From Gammaproteobacteria bacterium (GTDB lineage: Bacteria; Pseudomonadota; Gammaproteobacteria; Steroidobacterales; Steroidobacteraceae), in NCBI GenBank assembly GCA_947469285.1, contig CANIOW010000008.1:16883-80882 (forward strand): 64,000 nt of DNA, written 5' to 3'. Positions 1-10,301 of this stretch are shown one piece after another (position 1 is the stretch's first letter; each line of letters begins with the position of its first letter). Position numbers and translations under genes: made by a program. The notes beneath the pieces were generated by a model, which saw only the letters and a list, made by a program, of their open reading frames with translations, ran no database searches and had not been told where the DNA came from.

Positions 1-204
1 CCCGAAGCGGCCTTGCGCGGTACCAATGAACGTTTCGAGCGGCGGTTCCGTGGGGTAGAGGCGCGACTGACGGCAGCGGGTAGTTCCCCGGCAGCGGCTG
101 GTCTCGAACAGCTCAATGCCTTATGGGAGTCGGTCAAACGTGAACAGCGGCAGCAGGCGCTGACAGCCATTCAGGAGGCGTTCAGGCAGCCGCGCGCAAA
201 GTAG
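1..204 (+). CDS. mazG: Nucleoside triphosphate pyrophosphohydrolase MazG, C-terminal fragment (gene begins upstream of the window)
   Basis: The frame is open from base 1 with no upstream stop. The tail NERFERRFRGVEARL...LNALWESVKREQ resembles the conserved KFERRF-x-VE ... W-x-x-VK C-terminus of MazG. Confidence 0.6.
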   Translation, partial: PEAALRGTNERFERRFRGVEARLTAAGSSPAAAGLEQLNALWESVKREQRQQALTAIQEAFRQPRAK

Positions 205-242
205 GCTCCAAGGTCCAGATCGGACCCACTGAGGAGCCTGCC

Positions 243-986
243 ATGAAGACGTTGATCACTCCTGCCCTGTTCGCTGCTGCTGCGCTGGGTCTTGCGCTGC
301 CAGCGCTAGCGGATGGCCACCGCCATGATCGTGACGGTCGTGGTTATCACCGCAATTATCACCGTGGTGATGACCGCGGTGTGAACCTGCGCTTTGTAAC
401 GCCGTTATATATCGGCGCGTCGGATTACTACCGCCACCCGCGCTATGCGAGTAGCACCACCTACGTGGGTAATGTCCGCTATCTGGATGAGCGTTACGTG
501 GACGATCGCGCCGTCGAGTATGACGAGGCGCGCGTGGTTGCGGTTGATCCGCTACTGCGTGAGGTGCGTCGTGAAGTGCCGGTACGTGAGTGCTACGACG
601 AGGCGCGGCCGGTGGGTCGTTACGACAGCCGTAGCGGGACCGCAGGCGGTACTGTGCTCGGGGGCCTCATCGGTGGTGTGGTGGGCAACCAGATTGGCAA
701 GGGTGATGGTCGCCGTGTGGCCACGGTGGCCGGTGCCATCCTCGGTGCGGCGGTAGGCCACGATATCGCCGAGCAGCGGCGTGACGCGGCTGGAACTGCT
801 GCTCCCCGCGGCCGGGAGGAGCTGGTCGAACGCTGTGAACTGCGCTACGAGACCCAGCGGGAACAACGTATCGATGGGTACCGTGTGACCTACGAGTACC
901 AGGGACGTACCTACCAGACGCGTCTGGCCTACGATCCGGGTGCAACGCTGCGGATTCGCGTGGCGGTGGCGCCGGCAGAGCGTTAA
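243..986 (+). CDS. Secreted / outer-membrane glycine-zipper protein (Rick_17kDa_Anti / GlyZip-like)
   Basis: The ATG is preceded by GAGGAG. Signal peptide MKTLITPALFAAAALGLALPALA. Glycine zipper GGLIGGVVGNQIGKGDGRRVATVAGAILGAAVG. The N-terminal stretch is rich in His/Arg/Asp/Tyr. Confidence 0.7.
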   Translation: MKTLITPALFAAAALGLALPALADGHRHDRDGRGYHRNYHRGDDRGVNLRFVTPLYIGASDYYRHPRYASSTTYVGNVRYLDERYVDDRAVEYDEARVVAVDPLLREVRREVPVRECYDEARPVGRYDSRSGTAGGTVLGGLIGGVVGNQIGKGDGRRVATVAGAILGAAVGHDIAEQRRDAAGTAAPRGREELVERCELRYETQREQRIDGYRVTYEYQGRTYQTRLAYDPGATLRIRVAVAPAER

Positions 987-1012
987 GCCGGGGTGTCGGC
1001 TAAACTACGCGG

Positions 1013-1363
1013 ATGAACCGTCCTCCCCATCACCCACGATTCTCGGTGCTCTGTCTGCTGGCAGCCTCGGCACTGGGAGTCGTGTCGGTCACGGCCCACG
1101 CAGATCGGGGTGGGGAGCGCTACGACCGCGGCGGCGATGAACGCTACCGCGACGGTCAGCGAGGAAGCGGGCGCGGTGGCGAGCGCGGCGGCTTGTCGCT
1201 CGATGCTGCCGTTGGATTGGTGGTGTCACGGTTTGGCGGTCAGGTGGTCAGGGCCGAGGCCCAGTCACGGGATGGCCAGCTGTACTATTTGATTCGTGTG
1301 CTGACGTCAGATGGCGTGCTGGTTCGTGTCCGTGTGGATGCCCAGACCGGCCGCATGGATTAA
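1013..1363 (+). CDS. Secreted PepSY-domain protein
   Basis: Has a signal-peptide-like N-terminus (FSVLCLLAASALGVVSVTAHA). The C-terminus DGQLYYLIRVLTSDGVLVRVRVDAQTGRM is typical of PepSY. An RGG/ERY-rich linker separates them. Confidence 0.65.
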   Translation: MNRPPHHPRFSVLCLLAASALGVVSVTAHADRGGERYDRGGDERYRDGQRGSGRGGERGGLSLDAAVGLVVSRFGGQVVRAEAQSRDGQLYYLIRVLTSDGVLVRVRVDAQTGRMD

Positions 1364-1366
1364 CCC

Positions 1367-2041
1367 ATGCGCGTGCTGGTGGTTGAGGATGAGGCGCTGC
1401 TGCGAAGTGCACTGGAAACCGCGTTACAAGCGGCTGGTTTTCTGGTGCAGGCAGCCGCCGACGGCCAGGAAGGTTTGTTTGCGGCCACGGAATACCCTTG
1501 TGACCTCGCGATTATCGATCTTGGCTTGCCACGTTTACCCGGGCTTGAGCTCATTCGCCAGGTGCGTCAGCTGGGTAAAACCTTCCCGATCCTGATCCTC
1601 ACGGCTCGTGATCGCTGGCAAGATAAAGTGGAAGGTCTGCAGGCCGGCGCAGACGACTACGTGACCAAACCGTTTCACGTCGAGGAAGTGCTGGCTCGGG
1701 CACAGGCCCTGCTGCGTCGGGCTAGTGGGCATGCGGACCCGGTACTGCGTTGTGGCGTGCTGGCCGTTGATCCGCGTAGCCAGTCGGTCACGGTGGATGG
1801 CGTGGTGGTGGAACTCACCGCGTTTGAATATCGGCTACTGGAATACCTAATCCACCGCGCCGGCGAAGTGGTCTCTAAGACGGAGTTGACCGATAGGCTT
1901 TACGCCGAAGACGCCGAACGTGATAGCAATACCATCGAAGTGTTCGTTGGACGCTTGCGTCGCAAGCTGGATCCTGCGGAACGTTTTCATCCAATCGAAA
2001 CCTTGCGCGGACGCGGCTATCGTCTGGTGAAAAGTCCGTGA
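1367..2041 (+). CDS. phoP: OmpR-family response regulator, PhoP-like
   Basis: Receiver domain (VVEDE..., IIDLGLP, LTARDRWQDKVEGLQAGADDYVTKPFHVEEVLARAQALLRR) closely parallels E. coli PhoP. The C-terminus is a winged-helix domain (...IEVFVGRLRRKL...LRGRGYRL). Confidence 0.85.
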   Translation: MRVLVVEDEALLRSALETALQAAGFLVQAAADGQEGLFAATEYPCDLAIIDLGLPRLPGLELIRQVRQLGKTFPILILTARDRWQDKVEGLQAGADDYVTKPFHVEEVLARAQALLRRASGHADPVLRCGVLAVDPRSQSVTVDGVVVELTAFEYRLLEYLIHRAGEVVSKTELTDRLYAEDAERDSNTIEVFVGRLRRKLDPAERFHPIETLRGRGYRLVKSP

Positions 2042-3408
2042 AATCACTGCGCGCGCGTCTGCTGCTGACGCTCGGTAGCCTGTTGCTGCTGGCGGTACTG
2101 GCAGCCCTCGTGGCCATGGATTTCCGTTTTCAGGAGCTGAGCCGCGCTGCACGCCGCGAGGTATTGCAAGCGCTGAATCTGGCCGTGCTGGGGGTGGTGG
2201 ATGAAGATCCTGAAGGCCGCCTGCGGCCGACCAGCGCCTTGGCTGAACCTCGACTTGAGACTCCGCGCTCGGGCCTGTATGCGCTCATTCGACCACGCTT
2301 CGATGCACCCAGTTGGCGTAGTGGGTCGCTGACCAGCACTGGAGTATTGCTGGATCTGGATGCAGCCCCAGGCCGGCGCCAGCTCTCGGTGGTGCGTCAA
2401 CCGGATGGCACGCGCTTGTTGGCGTTTGCGCAGGGCGTCTCGTGGTCCACCTTGAATGGGCAACGCCGGGATTATGTGTTCATCATGGCGGAAGATCAGG
2501 CACCGTATGCCCGGCAGTTGCATGATCTGCGCGGTCAGTTCCTGTTGGGTGGCGCGCTGATGCTGCTGGTAGCCACGTTGGTCATTGCGACAGCCGTCGG
2601 TATTGTGTTGCATCCGTTGCGGCGCATGGAGCGTCAGATTGCCGAAGTGGAAGTGGGTGAGCGTGCACGCTTGGAAGGGGATTGGCCGCGTGAATTGCGG
2701 GGTGTTGGCAAGAACCTAAATGCGCTACTGCAGGCAGAGCGAGAACGCGCAGAACGTTACCGACAAACGTTGGGTAACTTGGCGCATTCACTGAAGACAC
2801 CGTTGAGCGTGTTGCGGACCATTCTGTCACAACCGGTACCCACGGCGAGTGAGGTGGCAGAGCAAGTAGAGCGGATGCAAGATATCGTGCAACATCAGTT
2901 GCGGCGCGCTAGCACGGGCAGCTTGTCCCCGGGCGTGGCTTGGACCCCGGTGCTGTCCGTGCTCGACGATGTGCTCAGTGCTTTGCGCAAAGTCTATGCC
3001 GAGCGACTGCTACAGCTTGAAGTGACCGGCCCGGATGGCAGCGCGCCTGACGCCACCCTCACCTGCCCGATGGACCGGGGTGACTTGCTCGAGTTGGTGG
3101 GTAATCTGGCAGATAACGCCTGCAAGTTTGCACGGCGCCGTGTCGAAATAACCCTGTTACCTTGGGTACAGGTGGGCTGGCGGCGCCCTGGTTTCGAACT
3201 GCGGGTGGACGATGACGGGCCGGGCGTCGCGATGGCGCAGCGTGAGCATGTGCTCGAGCGTGGAACGCGTTTGGATGAGCGGGTTCCAGGCCAAGGCATT
3301 GGCTTGTCGATGGTGGCCGGTATCGTGGCGGGTCAAAGCGGGCAGGTGGAAGTCACCAGTTCTCCTCTAGGTGGGGCGCGCTTTATTGTGCGGTTACCAG
3401 GCCGGTGA
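2038..3408 (+). CDS. phoQ: Sensor histidine kinase, PhoQ-like
   Basis: GTGA overlap with the regulator gene. Two TM segments flank a periplasmic domain of about 150 aa. H-box LGNLAHSLKTPLS, N-box GNLADNACKF, G-boxes DDDGPGV and GQGIGLS. Confidence 0.8.
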   Translation: MKSLRARLLLTLGSLLLLAVLAALVAMDFRFQELSRAARREVLQALNLAVLGVVDEDPEGRLRPTSALAEPRLETPRSGLYALIRPRFDAPSWRSGSLTSTGVLLDLDAAPGRRQLSVVRQPDGTRLLAFAQGVSWSTLNGQRRDYVFIMAEDQAPYARQLHDLRGQFLLGGALMLLVATLVIATAVGIVLHPLRRMERQIAEVEVGERARLEGDWPRELRGVGKNLNALLQAERERAERYRQTLGNLAHSLKTPLSVLRTILSQPVPTASEVAEQVERMQDIVQHQLRRASTGSLSPGVAWTPVLSVLDDVLSALRKVYAERLLQLEVTGPDGSAPDATLTCPMDRGDLLELVGNLADNACKFARRRVEITLLPWVQVGWRRPGFELRVDDDGPGVAMAQREHVLERGTRLDERVPGQGIGLSMVAGIVAGQSGQVEVTSSPLGGARFIVRLPGR

Positions 3409-6400
3409 CTGAGTCGCTCGTGGTGGTGGCGCCTGCAGTCGAGGCCCTGTTGGTGCGTGATACACGTCGTGCCAGACAGCTACAGCAGCGTCTCGATGAA
3501 CGACAGACGCGCGGCCTGCCACATGCCCGTGAGCTGGAGACGTTAGAAAAATTTCTGGTAGCCGCTACCGCACGTGCCCATGCCCGTGTGGCGTCGATTC
3601 CAGTCGTGTCTTACCCGGAAGAGTTGCCGGTGGCCCAGCGTCGTGACGACTTGTTGGGCGCACTGCGCGAGCATCCGGTGATTATTGTCTGCGGTGAGAC
3701 GGGTTCGGGAAAAACCACCCAGTTGCCTAAACTGTGTATTGAGGCCGGAAGCGGGAGACGTGGGCTGATTGGCCACACCCAGCCCCGCCGGATAGCCGCG
3801 CGGACGGTAGCAACGCGGATTGCCGAGGAGCTACAAGTGGCGCTGGGCGCTACGGTAGGTTTCAAGGTTCGCTTCACCGACCGTACTTCGCCAGAAACGC
3901 TGATTAAGTTGATGACGGATGGCGTGTTGCTGGCAGAGCTGCGCGACGACCCGGATCTGACAGCCTACGACACCCTGATCATTGATGAAGCCCATGAGCG
4001 TAGTCTTAACATTGATTTCCTGCTCGGCGTATTGCAGCAGCTGCGCTTCCGCCGGCCGGACCTGCGCTTGGTAATCACTTCAGCCACGATTGAGACAGCG
4101 CGTTTTGCGCAGTTCTTTGCAGATGCCATGGGGCGTCCGGCACCGGTCATCGAGGTGTCAGGGCGTGCGTGGTCCGTCGAGACGCGATATCGTCCACTGG
4201 CCACGGATGATGATGATGATCTGGACCCGGGCGTGACCGCAGGAATCTTGCGTGCAGTAGAGGAGATTCGCGCCGAGCCTGGGGACATTGGCCGTGGCGA
4301 TATTCTGGTTTTTTTGCCGGGTGAGCGTGAAATTCGCGATACCGCGGAGGCGCTGGAGGGAGCCGTAGGTGGCCGCCTGGAAGTGCTGCCGCTGTATTCG
4401 CGGCTAAGTTGGGGCGACCAGCAGAAAGTGTTTCAACGCGGCGGCAGACAGCGCGTGGTGCTGTCCACCAATGTCGCGGAAACCTCGTTGACTGTGCCTG
4501 GGATTCGTAGCGTGATCGATGTCGGCCTAGCCCGAATCAGTCGTTATAGCGCCCGTGCGAAGATTCAGCGCTTGCCGGTGGAGGCAGTGTCTCAAGCCAG
4601 CGCGAATCAGCGTCAGGGCCGCTGTGGCCGCGTGGGTCCCGGTTTGTGTCTGCGGCTGTATAACGAAGATGAGTTTGCGGCACGCGCGCCGTTTACGGCA
4701 CCGGAGGTGCTGCGCACTAATCTGGCAAGCGTTATCCTGCAGATGGAGACGCTGCAGCTGGGAACGCCGCAGACATTTCCGTTCATCGACCCGCCTGATA
4801 CGCGACAAATCTCTGATGGCTACCGGTTGCTACAGGAGTTGGAGGCGGTAGACGAGCAACGTCACATTACGCCGTTAGGTCGACAGTTGGCGCGCTTGCC
4901 AGTGGACCCGCGGATCGGTCGAATGTTGGTCGAGGCCCACCGCCGTGGATCTCTGCGTGAAGTGCTAGTGCTGGCCGCGGTGCTGTCGATGCAGGACCCA
5001 CGCGAACGCCCGCAGGACGCGCAGGCGGCGGCAGATGCACGCCACGCCACTTTCGCCAATCCCGACAGCGACTTTCTAACCTTGCTGAAGGTGTGGGACA
5101 CCTATCAGGCAGAGCGTGCATCGCGTTCGCGCAGCGGCTTGCGGCGCTGGTGCCGCGAACAGTTTCTGTCTGCCATTCGGATGCGGGAATGGGAAGAGCT
5201 GCAGGCCCAGTTGACGACTATTGCGATGGAATTAGATTGGCGGCCGAAGGATCTGCCTGCCGACTATGAAGGTTTGCACCGTGCTTTACTCAGTGGTTTG
5301 CTTGGCAACATTGGTTTGAAAGCGGATCCGGTAGGCCGTGGTGCTGCTGGTAGCGAAGGAAAAGCACGTGAACGCGCTGAACGGGGCGCTTATGACGGTG
5401 CACGCGGACTACGCTTTTTGATTGCGCCAGGAACGCCCGTGCGCCAGCGCGCACCGCGCTGGTTGATGGCGGGAACGATCGTCGAAACGCAACGCATTTA
5501 TGCGCGGCTGGTGGCGGGCATTGATCCGGTATGGATCGAACAGGCGGCACATCATCTCATTAAGCGCAGCCATGGCGATCCGGTGTGGGATGAGCATCGC
5601 GGTCAGGCGAGCGTTAGTGAAACCGTATCGCTGTATGGCTTGTTGCTGTCTAGCGGTCGTCGGGTTAGTTTTGCCCAAGTAGATCCCATGGGGGCCCGCG
5701 AGTTCTTCGCCCGCGAGGCATTGGTGCATGGGCGTAGCCGATTGACCTTGCCGTTCCTGGTCGCGAACCGCGCTACTAAAGCCACCTTACTGGAGGAAGA
5801 GGCCCGGCTACGCCGACAAGTGGTCCTTAAAGATGAGGTAGAAGAGACTGCCTTGTATCTGGCACGTCTACCCATAGAAGCACATCATGTCATGGCGTTT
5901 ACGGCTTGGTGGAAACAAGCGCCGGAAGACGCACGGGCAGTGTTTACCTTTGCTGCCGCCGAATTGCGACGAGATGAGGCGCCCCAGCTGAAACCTGAAG
6001 CGTTCCCGGCGCAGATCGTCTTGGCAGGTAATCGCCTACCAGTGCACTACCGGTTTGATCCTGAGCGCGCAGACGATGGCGCTACGGTCACCATCCCGCA
6101 GCCACTGGTGACCCGTATTGAAAGGGAGGAAGTGGTCGGGGTGGTCCCTGGGTGGCGTGTAGAGCTCGTGACCGAATGGATTCGAGCCTTGCCCAAGGCC
6201 TTACGCCGGCAGCTTGTGCCGGCCCCGGATGTCGCACAGGCGTGTGTGGCGGCCTGCGCTGATACCGCTCCGTCGTTCGTACAGGCGGTAGCGCGCTTCC
6301 TCACAGCGCGTGCGGGCGAGGAGATCGGCGTACCGCAGTTGGAGCGGCTTGAGTTGCCGGCTCATTTGGCCTTGAACTTGCGGGTAGTGGATGCAGCGGG

Positions 6401-7430
6401 GCGGGTCGTGGCCGAGGGCCGTGAACTGGAAGAGCTGAGGCGGTTGGCGCGGCGAGCTGGCGGAACGGCGGCTCCGGTGGCGGACGTTGACTGGCAACGC
6501 ACGGGAGTGCGTAGTTGGGATTTTGAGCACGTTCCAGCACGGCTGGAGGTGTTGCGTCAGGGTGTGCGGATCGCGCTTTACCCCGCCATCGTCGATCGGG
6601 GCGATTCGGTAGAGCTAACCTTGGAAGATGAGGCGACGGCGGCGGCACGGTTGACACGCTTGGGAGTTGCCCGTCTGGCAGCGCTCGGACTCGGTGCGCT
6701 GCACCGGACCTTGGAAAAAGACTTCGCCGTAGACCGCGAGCTGATGCTACTCCACCAGACGGTCGGTCCGGCGAAGGGTTTTGCCCGCGAACTGGCCGAT
6801 CGCGTGGTGGCACGTGCCCTGTATGGCGGGCAGGGGGTTGGTTTGGCGCATGAGGGTTCGGTGCCGCTGACCCGTGAAGCGTTTGAGGCGGCGTTGGTGC
6901 GTGCGCGTCCAGTGCTCTACGAGGTAAAGGACCGCCTGACGCTACGTCTACGGGAGCTGCTCAGCGCGGCAGCTGCGGCACGTCGCGAACTGGCATCGCT
7001 GCCGGACGGGCTGGACGCGGTGCTGGTAGAGGACATACGCGCCATGTTGACACGGCAGGTGTTTTTGGGATTTGTAGCCGCAACGCCAGACCCGTGGCTG
7101 GAGCAATTGCCCAAGTATGTTAAGACTACTGCGCGCCGTGCGGCCAAGCTCCGCGGTGCACAGGGTCGGGCGCTCGAGGCGCAGTATGAACAACGTGAGC
7201 TGTGGAACAAGTTTGGTGTGCTGCTTGCTGCCGCCACGACTGCCGGGCACGGGTCAGACAGCTGCGCTGAGCTCCGTTGGACACTGGAGGAATACGCCTT
7301 GTCGGTGTTTGCCCAAGACCTGAAAGCCACCTTGACCGTGTCACCCAAGCGGGTGGCAGCGCTGTTTGCCGCTACGCAGGCCGGGTTGCGTTTGCCCGCG
7401 TCAGTCAGTCGCCTTACAAGTCGAACCTAA
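3405..7430 (+). CDS. hrpA: ATP-dependent RNA helicase HrpA (DEAH box)
   Basis: 1341 aa. Walker [15 protein letters not shown] box [20 protein letters not shown], and a long HrpA-type C-terminal region. GTGA overlap with the kinase gene. Confidence 0.95.
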   Translation: MTESLVVVAPAVEALLVRDTRRARQLQQRLDERQTRGLPHARELETLEKFLVAATARAHARVASIPVVSYPEELPVAQRRDDLLGALREHPVIIVCGETGSGKTTQLPKLCIEAGSGRRGLIGHTQPRRIAARTVATRIAEELQVALGATVGFKVRFTDRTSPETLIKLMTDGVLLAELRDDPDLTAYDTLIIDEAHERSLNIDFLLGVLQQLRFRRPDLRLVITSATIETARFAQFFADAMGRPAPVIEVSGRAWSVETRYRPLATDDDDDLDPGVTAGILRAVEEIRAEPGDIGRGDILVFLPGEREIRDTAEALEGAVGGRLEVLPLYSRLSWGDQQKVFQRGGRQRVVLSTNVAETSLTVPGIRSVIDVGLARISRYSARAKIQRLPVEAVSQASANQRQGRCGRVGPGLCLRLYNEDEFAARAPFTAPEVLRTNLASVILQMETLQLGTPQTFPFIDPPDTRQISDGYRLLQELEAVDEQRHITPLGRQLARLPVDPRIGRMLVEAHRRGSLREVLVLAAVLSMQDPRERPQDAQAAADARHATFANPDSDFLTLLKVWDTYQAERASRSRSGLRRWCREQFLSAIRMREWEELQAQLTTIAMELDWRPKDLPADYEGLHRALLSGLLGNIGLKADPVGRGAAGSEGKARERAERGAYDGARGLRFLIAPGTPVRQRAPRWLMAGTIVETQRIYARLVAGIDPVWIEQAAHHLIKRSHGDPVWDEHRGQASVSETVSLYGLLLSSGRRVSFAQVDPMGAREFFAREALVHGRSRLTLPFLVANRATKATLLEEEARLRRQVVLKDEVEETALYLARLPIEAHHVMAFTAWWKQAPEDARAVFTFAAAELRRDEAPQLKPEAFPAQIVLAGNRLPVHYRFDPERADDGATVTIPQPLVTRIEREEVVGVVPGWRVELVTEWIRALPKALRRQLVPAPDVAQACVAACADTAPSFVQAVARFLTARAGEEIGVPQLERLELPAHLALNLRVVDAAGRVVAEGRELEELRRLARRAGGTAAPVADVDWQRTGVRSWDFEHVPARLEVLRQGVRIALYPAIVDRGDSVELTLEDEATAAARLTRLGVARLAALGLGALHRTLEKDFAVDRELMLLHQTVGPAKGFARELADRVVARALYGGQGVGLAHEGSVPLTREAFEAALVRARPVLYEVKDRLTLRLRELLSAAAAARRELASLPDGLDAVLVEDIRAMLTRQVFLGFVAATPDPWLEQLPKYVKTTARRAAKLRGAQGRALEAQYEQRELWNKFGVLLAAATTAGHGSDSCAELRWTLEEYALSVFAQDLKATLTVSPKRVAALFAATQAGLRLPASVSRLTSRT

Positions 7431-8967
7431 GACCCTGCGCCAACGGCAAAGAAGCCGACCAGTTAATCGTGGTGGTCTGGCGCCGCATATAGGCCTTCCA
7501 GGCATCGGAGCCAGACTCGCGTCCACCGCCGGTGTCTTTCTCGCCGCCAAAAGCGCCACCAATTTCAGCACCAGAGGTGCCGATGTTGACATTGGCGATG
7601 CCGCAATCACTGCCAGTGGCGGACAGAAACTGCTCCGCATGTTGCAGCCGGTCGGTGAAGATCGCCGATGACAACCCCTGCGCGACGCTGTTCTGCAATG
7701 CGATGGCCTCTTCTAATGTGTCGTAGGTCATTAGATAGAGCACTGGCACGAAGGCTTCATGCCGTGCGCATTGCATGGTTGGAGTCACACGAATAATCGT
7801 CGGCTTCACGAAAGCGCCCGCTCGTAAGTCGGGGCTGCTGATCCGTTCGGCACCATACAACACCACCCCACCTTCGGCCGTGGCAGTGGCGATGGTGTGC
7901 TCGTAAGCGCTGACCGCCGCTTCATCGATGAGCGGGCCCATCAGTACCCCTGCTGCCAGTGGGTGGCCAATACGGTTTTCAATTTGCCCATAGGCCTTCA
8001 CTAGACGCCGCTCGAGTTCGGTCGCGCGACTGCGGTGCACCAGCACACGGCGGGTGGTAGTGCAGCGTTGACCGGCTGTACCTACGGCACCGAACACGAT
8101 GGCGGGTACGGCGAGTTCCAGATTTGCGTGTTCATCGACGATGATGGCGTTATTGCCACCGAGTTCGAGCAAGCTTTTTCCAAGGCGTGCAGCCACGCGC
8201 TGGCCCACCTGACGTCCAACCTGGGTACTGCCGGTAAACGACAACAGCGCTACGCGCCGGTCATCCACTAGCTTCTCCGCCAGTTCGGTGCCGGCGTCAA
8301 TGAACAGCTGGAACACCGGTGGCAGTGCTAACTGCGACATCAGTTGGTTCGCAATGCGTTGTACTGCAATGGCCGTTAGCGGGGTTTTCGGTGAGGGTTT
8401 CCAGACGGTGACATTGCCGCAGATGGCCGCCAGTGCGGCATTCCAGGCCCACACCGCCACCGGGAAGTTGAAGGCGGTGATCACCCCGACCACGCCGAGC
8501 GGTTGCCACTGTTCGTACATGCGATGCTGCGGACGTTCGGAGTGCAGCGTTAGGCCGTAGAGCATGCGTGACTGGCCGGTGGCAAAATCACAGATGTCGA
8601 TCATCTCCTGCACCTCGCCGAGCCCCTCCGTCAGGATTTTGCCCATTTCTAGGCAGACCAGACGGCCGAGGGGTTCTTTGTGGGCGCGCAGGGCATCCCC
8701 TAGCAGACGGACCGCCTCACCACGCTTTGGGGCCGGCACTTCGCGCCAAGCGAGCGCTGCGGCGGCCGCACTGGTGAGCACGCGTTCATAGTCGGCGGGG
8801 GTCGCCGCCAGCACCTGGGCGATCAGTTCGCCGTTAGCGGGATTGTGTGAGTCGATGAGCGGGGCATTAAAACCGCTCGACCAGCCTTCTTCGGGGCTGT
8901 GGCCGGACCAGCTGCCGGCATTCACCGCTGACAAGCCAAGCGCGGTCAGGACTTCCGTGGTGTTCAT
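7414..8967 (-). CDS. amaB: Alpha-aminoadipic semialdehyde / piperideine-6-carboxylate dehydrogenase (ALDH7 family)
   Basis: Start taken at [12 protein letters not shown], residue 152 of the 668-aa track ORF. Matches ALDH7/antiquitin along its length: [49 protein letters not shown], and a C-terminus [49 protein letters not shown] overlap with the upstream gene. Confidence 0.9.
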   Translation of the reverse strand: MNTTEVLTALGLSAVNAGSWSGHSPEEGWSSGFNAPLIDSHNPANGELIAQVLAATPADYERVLTSAAAAALAWREVPAPKRGEAVRLLGDALRAHKEPLGRLVCLEMGKILTEGLGEVQEMIDICDFATGQSRMLYGLTLHSERPQHRMYEQWQPLGVVGVITAFNFPVAVWAWNAALAAICGNVTVWKPSPKTPLTAIAVQRIANQLMSQLALPPVFQLFIDAGTELAEKLVDDRRVALLSFTGSTQVGRQVGQRVAARLGKSLLELGGNNAIIVDEHANLELAVPAIVFGAVGTAGQRCTTTRRVLVHRSRATELERRLVKAYGQIENRIGHPLAAGVLMGPLIDEAAVSAYEHTIATATAEGGVVLYGAERISSPDLRAGAFVKPTIIRVTPTMQCARHEAFVPVLYLMTYDTLEEAIALQNSVAQGLSSAIFTDRLQHAEQFLSATGSDCGIANVNIGTSGAEIGGAFGGEKDTGGGRESGSDAWKAYMRRQTTTINWSASLPLAQGLRFDL

Positions 8968-10151
8968 GGGACATTCCTCGAGACGGGTGCGGGGTTGGCC
9001 ACAAGGCGTTGCTCGCCAGCCGTGCCTTCGACGACGACCCGCCCGGAGACTTCCTTGCTGCCTTGGTCGTAGTAACGCCCAAAGCGGTTGGCGAGAATCT
9101 CGGGCAGCCGGAACTGCTCTTGAGCGAAGAAGCCGTGGTATTTGTTTCCGCCCTGAAGCACCAGGTCCACCACGGCGGTAATGCCGGCAGCGGTGGTGAC
9201 CTGAATGGCCGACCACAAGCGACCAGCGATGATCTGCGGGTACACTTTGTTGACGTAGTTTTCCTCGCGCAGCTCGCCACCCTGGCGGCCAGTCACGGCG
9301 GCATAAACGATGACCACATCCTGCAGGGTCTGGGGGACCGCATTTTCGAGGATACGCTTGAGCGTGCCGCGGTCTTGATTGAGCTTGAGATCGTTCATCA
9401 GTAGCCGCATTTGGCTGCAATGTCCGGGGTAGCGGATGGTCTTGTAATTCATCGATTCGACACCGGCACCATAAGTTTCACCGAGCGAACCGAGCCCGCC
9501 GGAGGTGTTGAAGGCCTCATAGAGCGTGCCATCGATCTCAATCTCCTCCATGCCCTCCAATGGCAGAACGTCCGTGAGTTTGCCATCGACGATCGCCTCG
9601 CACGGGTTGCCGTATTCGTTGATGAGCCCTTCCGTGGACCAGGTCAGCGAATACTTGAGGACATTGTTAGGGTGCTGCGGCAGTGCGCCTACCCGCAGCT
9701 TCACCGACCGCACCTCGTCGAAGTGACGCAGCAGTTCGGCTGCTGCAATGCTGATAAAGCCAGGGGCCAGGCCGCATTGGGGCACGAATGCCGTTGGCGC
9801 CCCGGCAGCTACTTGCCGCACCGCGCGGGTGACTGCCACATCTTCAGTCAAGTCAAAGTAGTGTGCGCCGGCTGCGCGAGCCGCACGCGCGACGCCGGGA
9901 TTGCAGTAGTACGGCAAGCCGGAAATGATGGCGTCCACGGGGTGCGACTGCAAATGGAGCGTCAAGGCGTTGAAGTCGCCAGCATCCAGTAGGTGTGGCG
10001 TCAAGGCGGGCAGGTGGTGCGCGTGGGCCACGCCGGCGGCTGCACCGGGCTGTTTGTCCGCCAGATCGACCCGATAGGCGCCCGAATTTGCCAACAAACC
10101 GGAGATGAGTGCGCCAATCTTGCCAGCGCCGAGAACGAGTACGCGGTACAT
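8964..10151 (-). CDS. Saccharopine dehydrogenase-family NAD(P)-binding protein (probable lysine-catabolic partner of amaB)
   Basis: Start taken at [20 protein letters not shown] (Rossmann GxGxxG). 395 aa, typical for bacterial saccharopine-dehydrogenase-like proteins. Translationally coupled to amaB. Confidence 0.7.
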   Translation of the reverse strand: MYRVLVLGAGKIGALISGLLANSGAYRVDLADKQPGAAAGVAHAHHLPALTPHLLDAGDFNALTLHLQSHPVDAIISGLPYYCNPGVARAARAAGAHYFDLTEDVAVTRAVRQVAAGAPTAFVPQCGLAPGFISIAAAELLRHFDEVRSVKLRVGALPQHPNNVLKYSLTWSTEGLINEYGNPCEAIVDGKLTDVLPLEGMEEIEIDGTLYEAFNTSGGLGSLGETYGAGVESMNYKTIRYPGHCSQMRLLMNDLKLNQDRGTLKRILENAVPQTLQDVVIVYAAVTGRQGGELREENYVNKVYPQIIAGRLWSAIQVTTAAGITAVVDLVLQGGNKYHGFFAQEQFRLPEILANRFGRYYDQGSKEVSGRVVVEGTAGEQRLVANPAPVSRNVP

Positions 10152-10301
10152 CGGAAGTCCTTTTTCGTCGTGGTTCAGGCAGTTGCTCCGGGAGATCGAG
10201 CGACGCGAGGCCATAGTTTGCCCACTTGCCTTGGTCAACGCGATCCGCAGTTCCCCCAATCCGCCCACGCCGGCGGCCCCGGTGGGCGCTATCATGCGCG
10301 C

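Noticed and set aside
7414-9420. 668-aa track ORF that would suggest a giant aldehyde dehydrogenase
   Set aside because: The first 151 residues are Arg/Pro/Gly-rich junk that overlaps the saccharopine-dehydrogenase-family gene in another frame. Family homology begins at MNTTEV (start at 8967), which forms an ATGA junction with the upstream gene. Similar N-terminal over-extensions were trimmed for the ORFs at 8964-10295, 9993-11672, 11593-12369, 21526-22392, 22238-23062, 24582-25187, 43754-45526, 47823-48845, 49263-49937, 53719-54588, 55950-57335 and 59264-59860.
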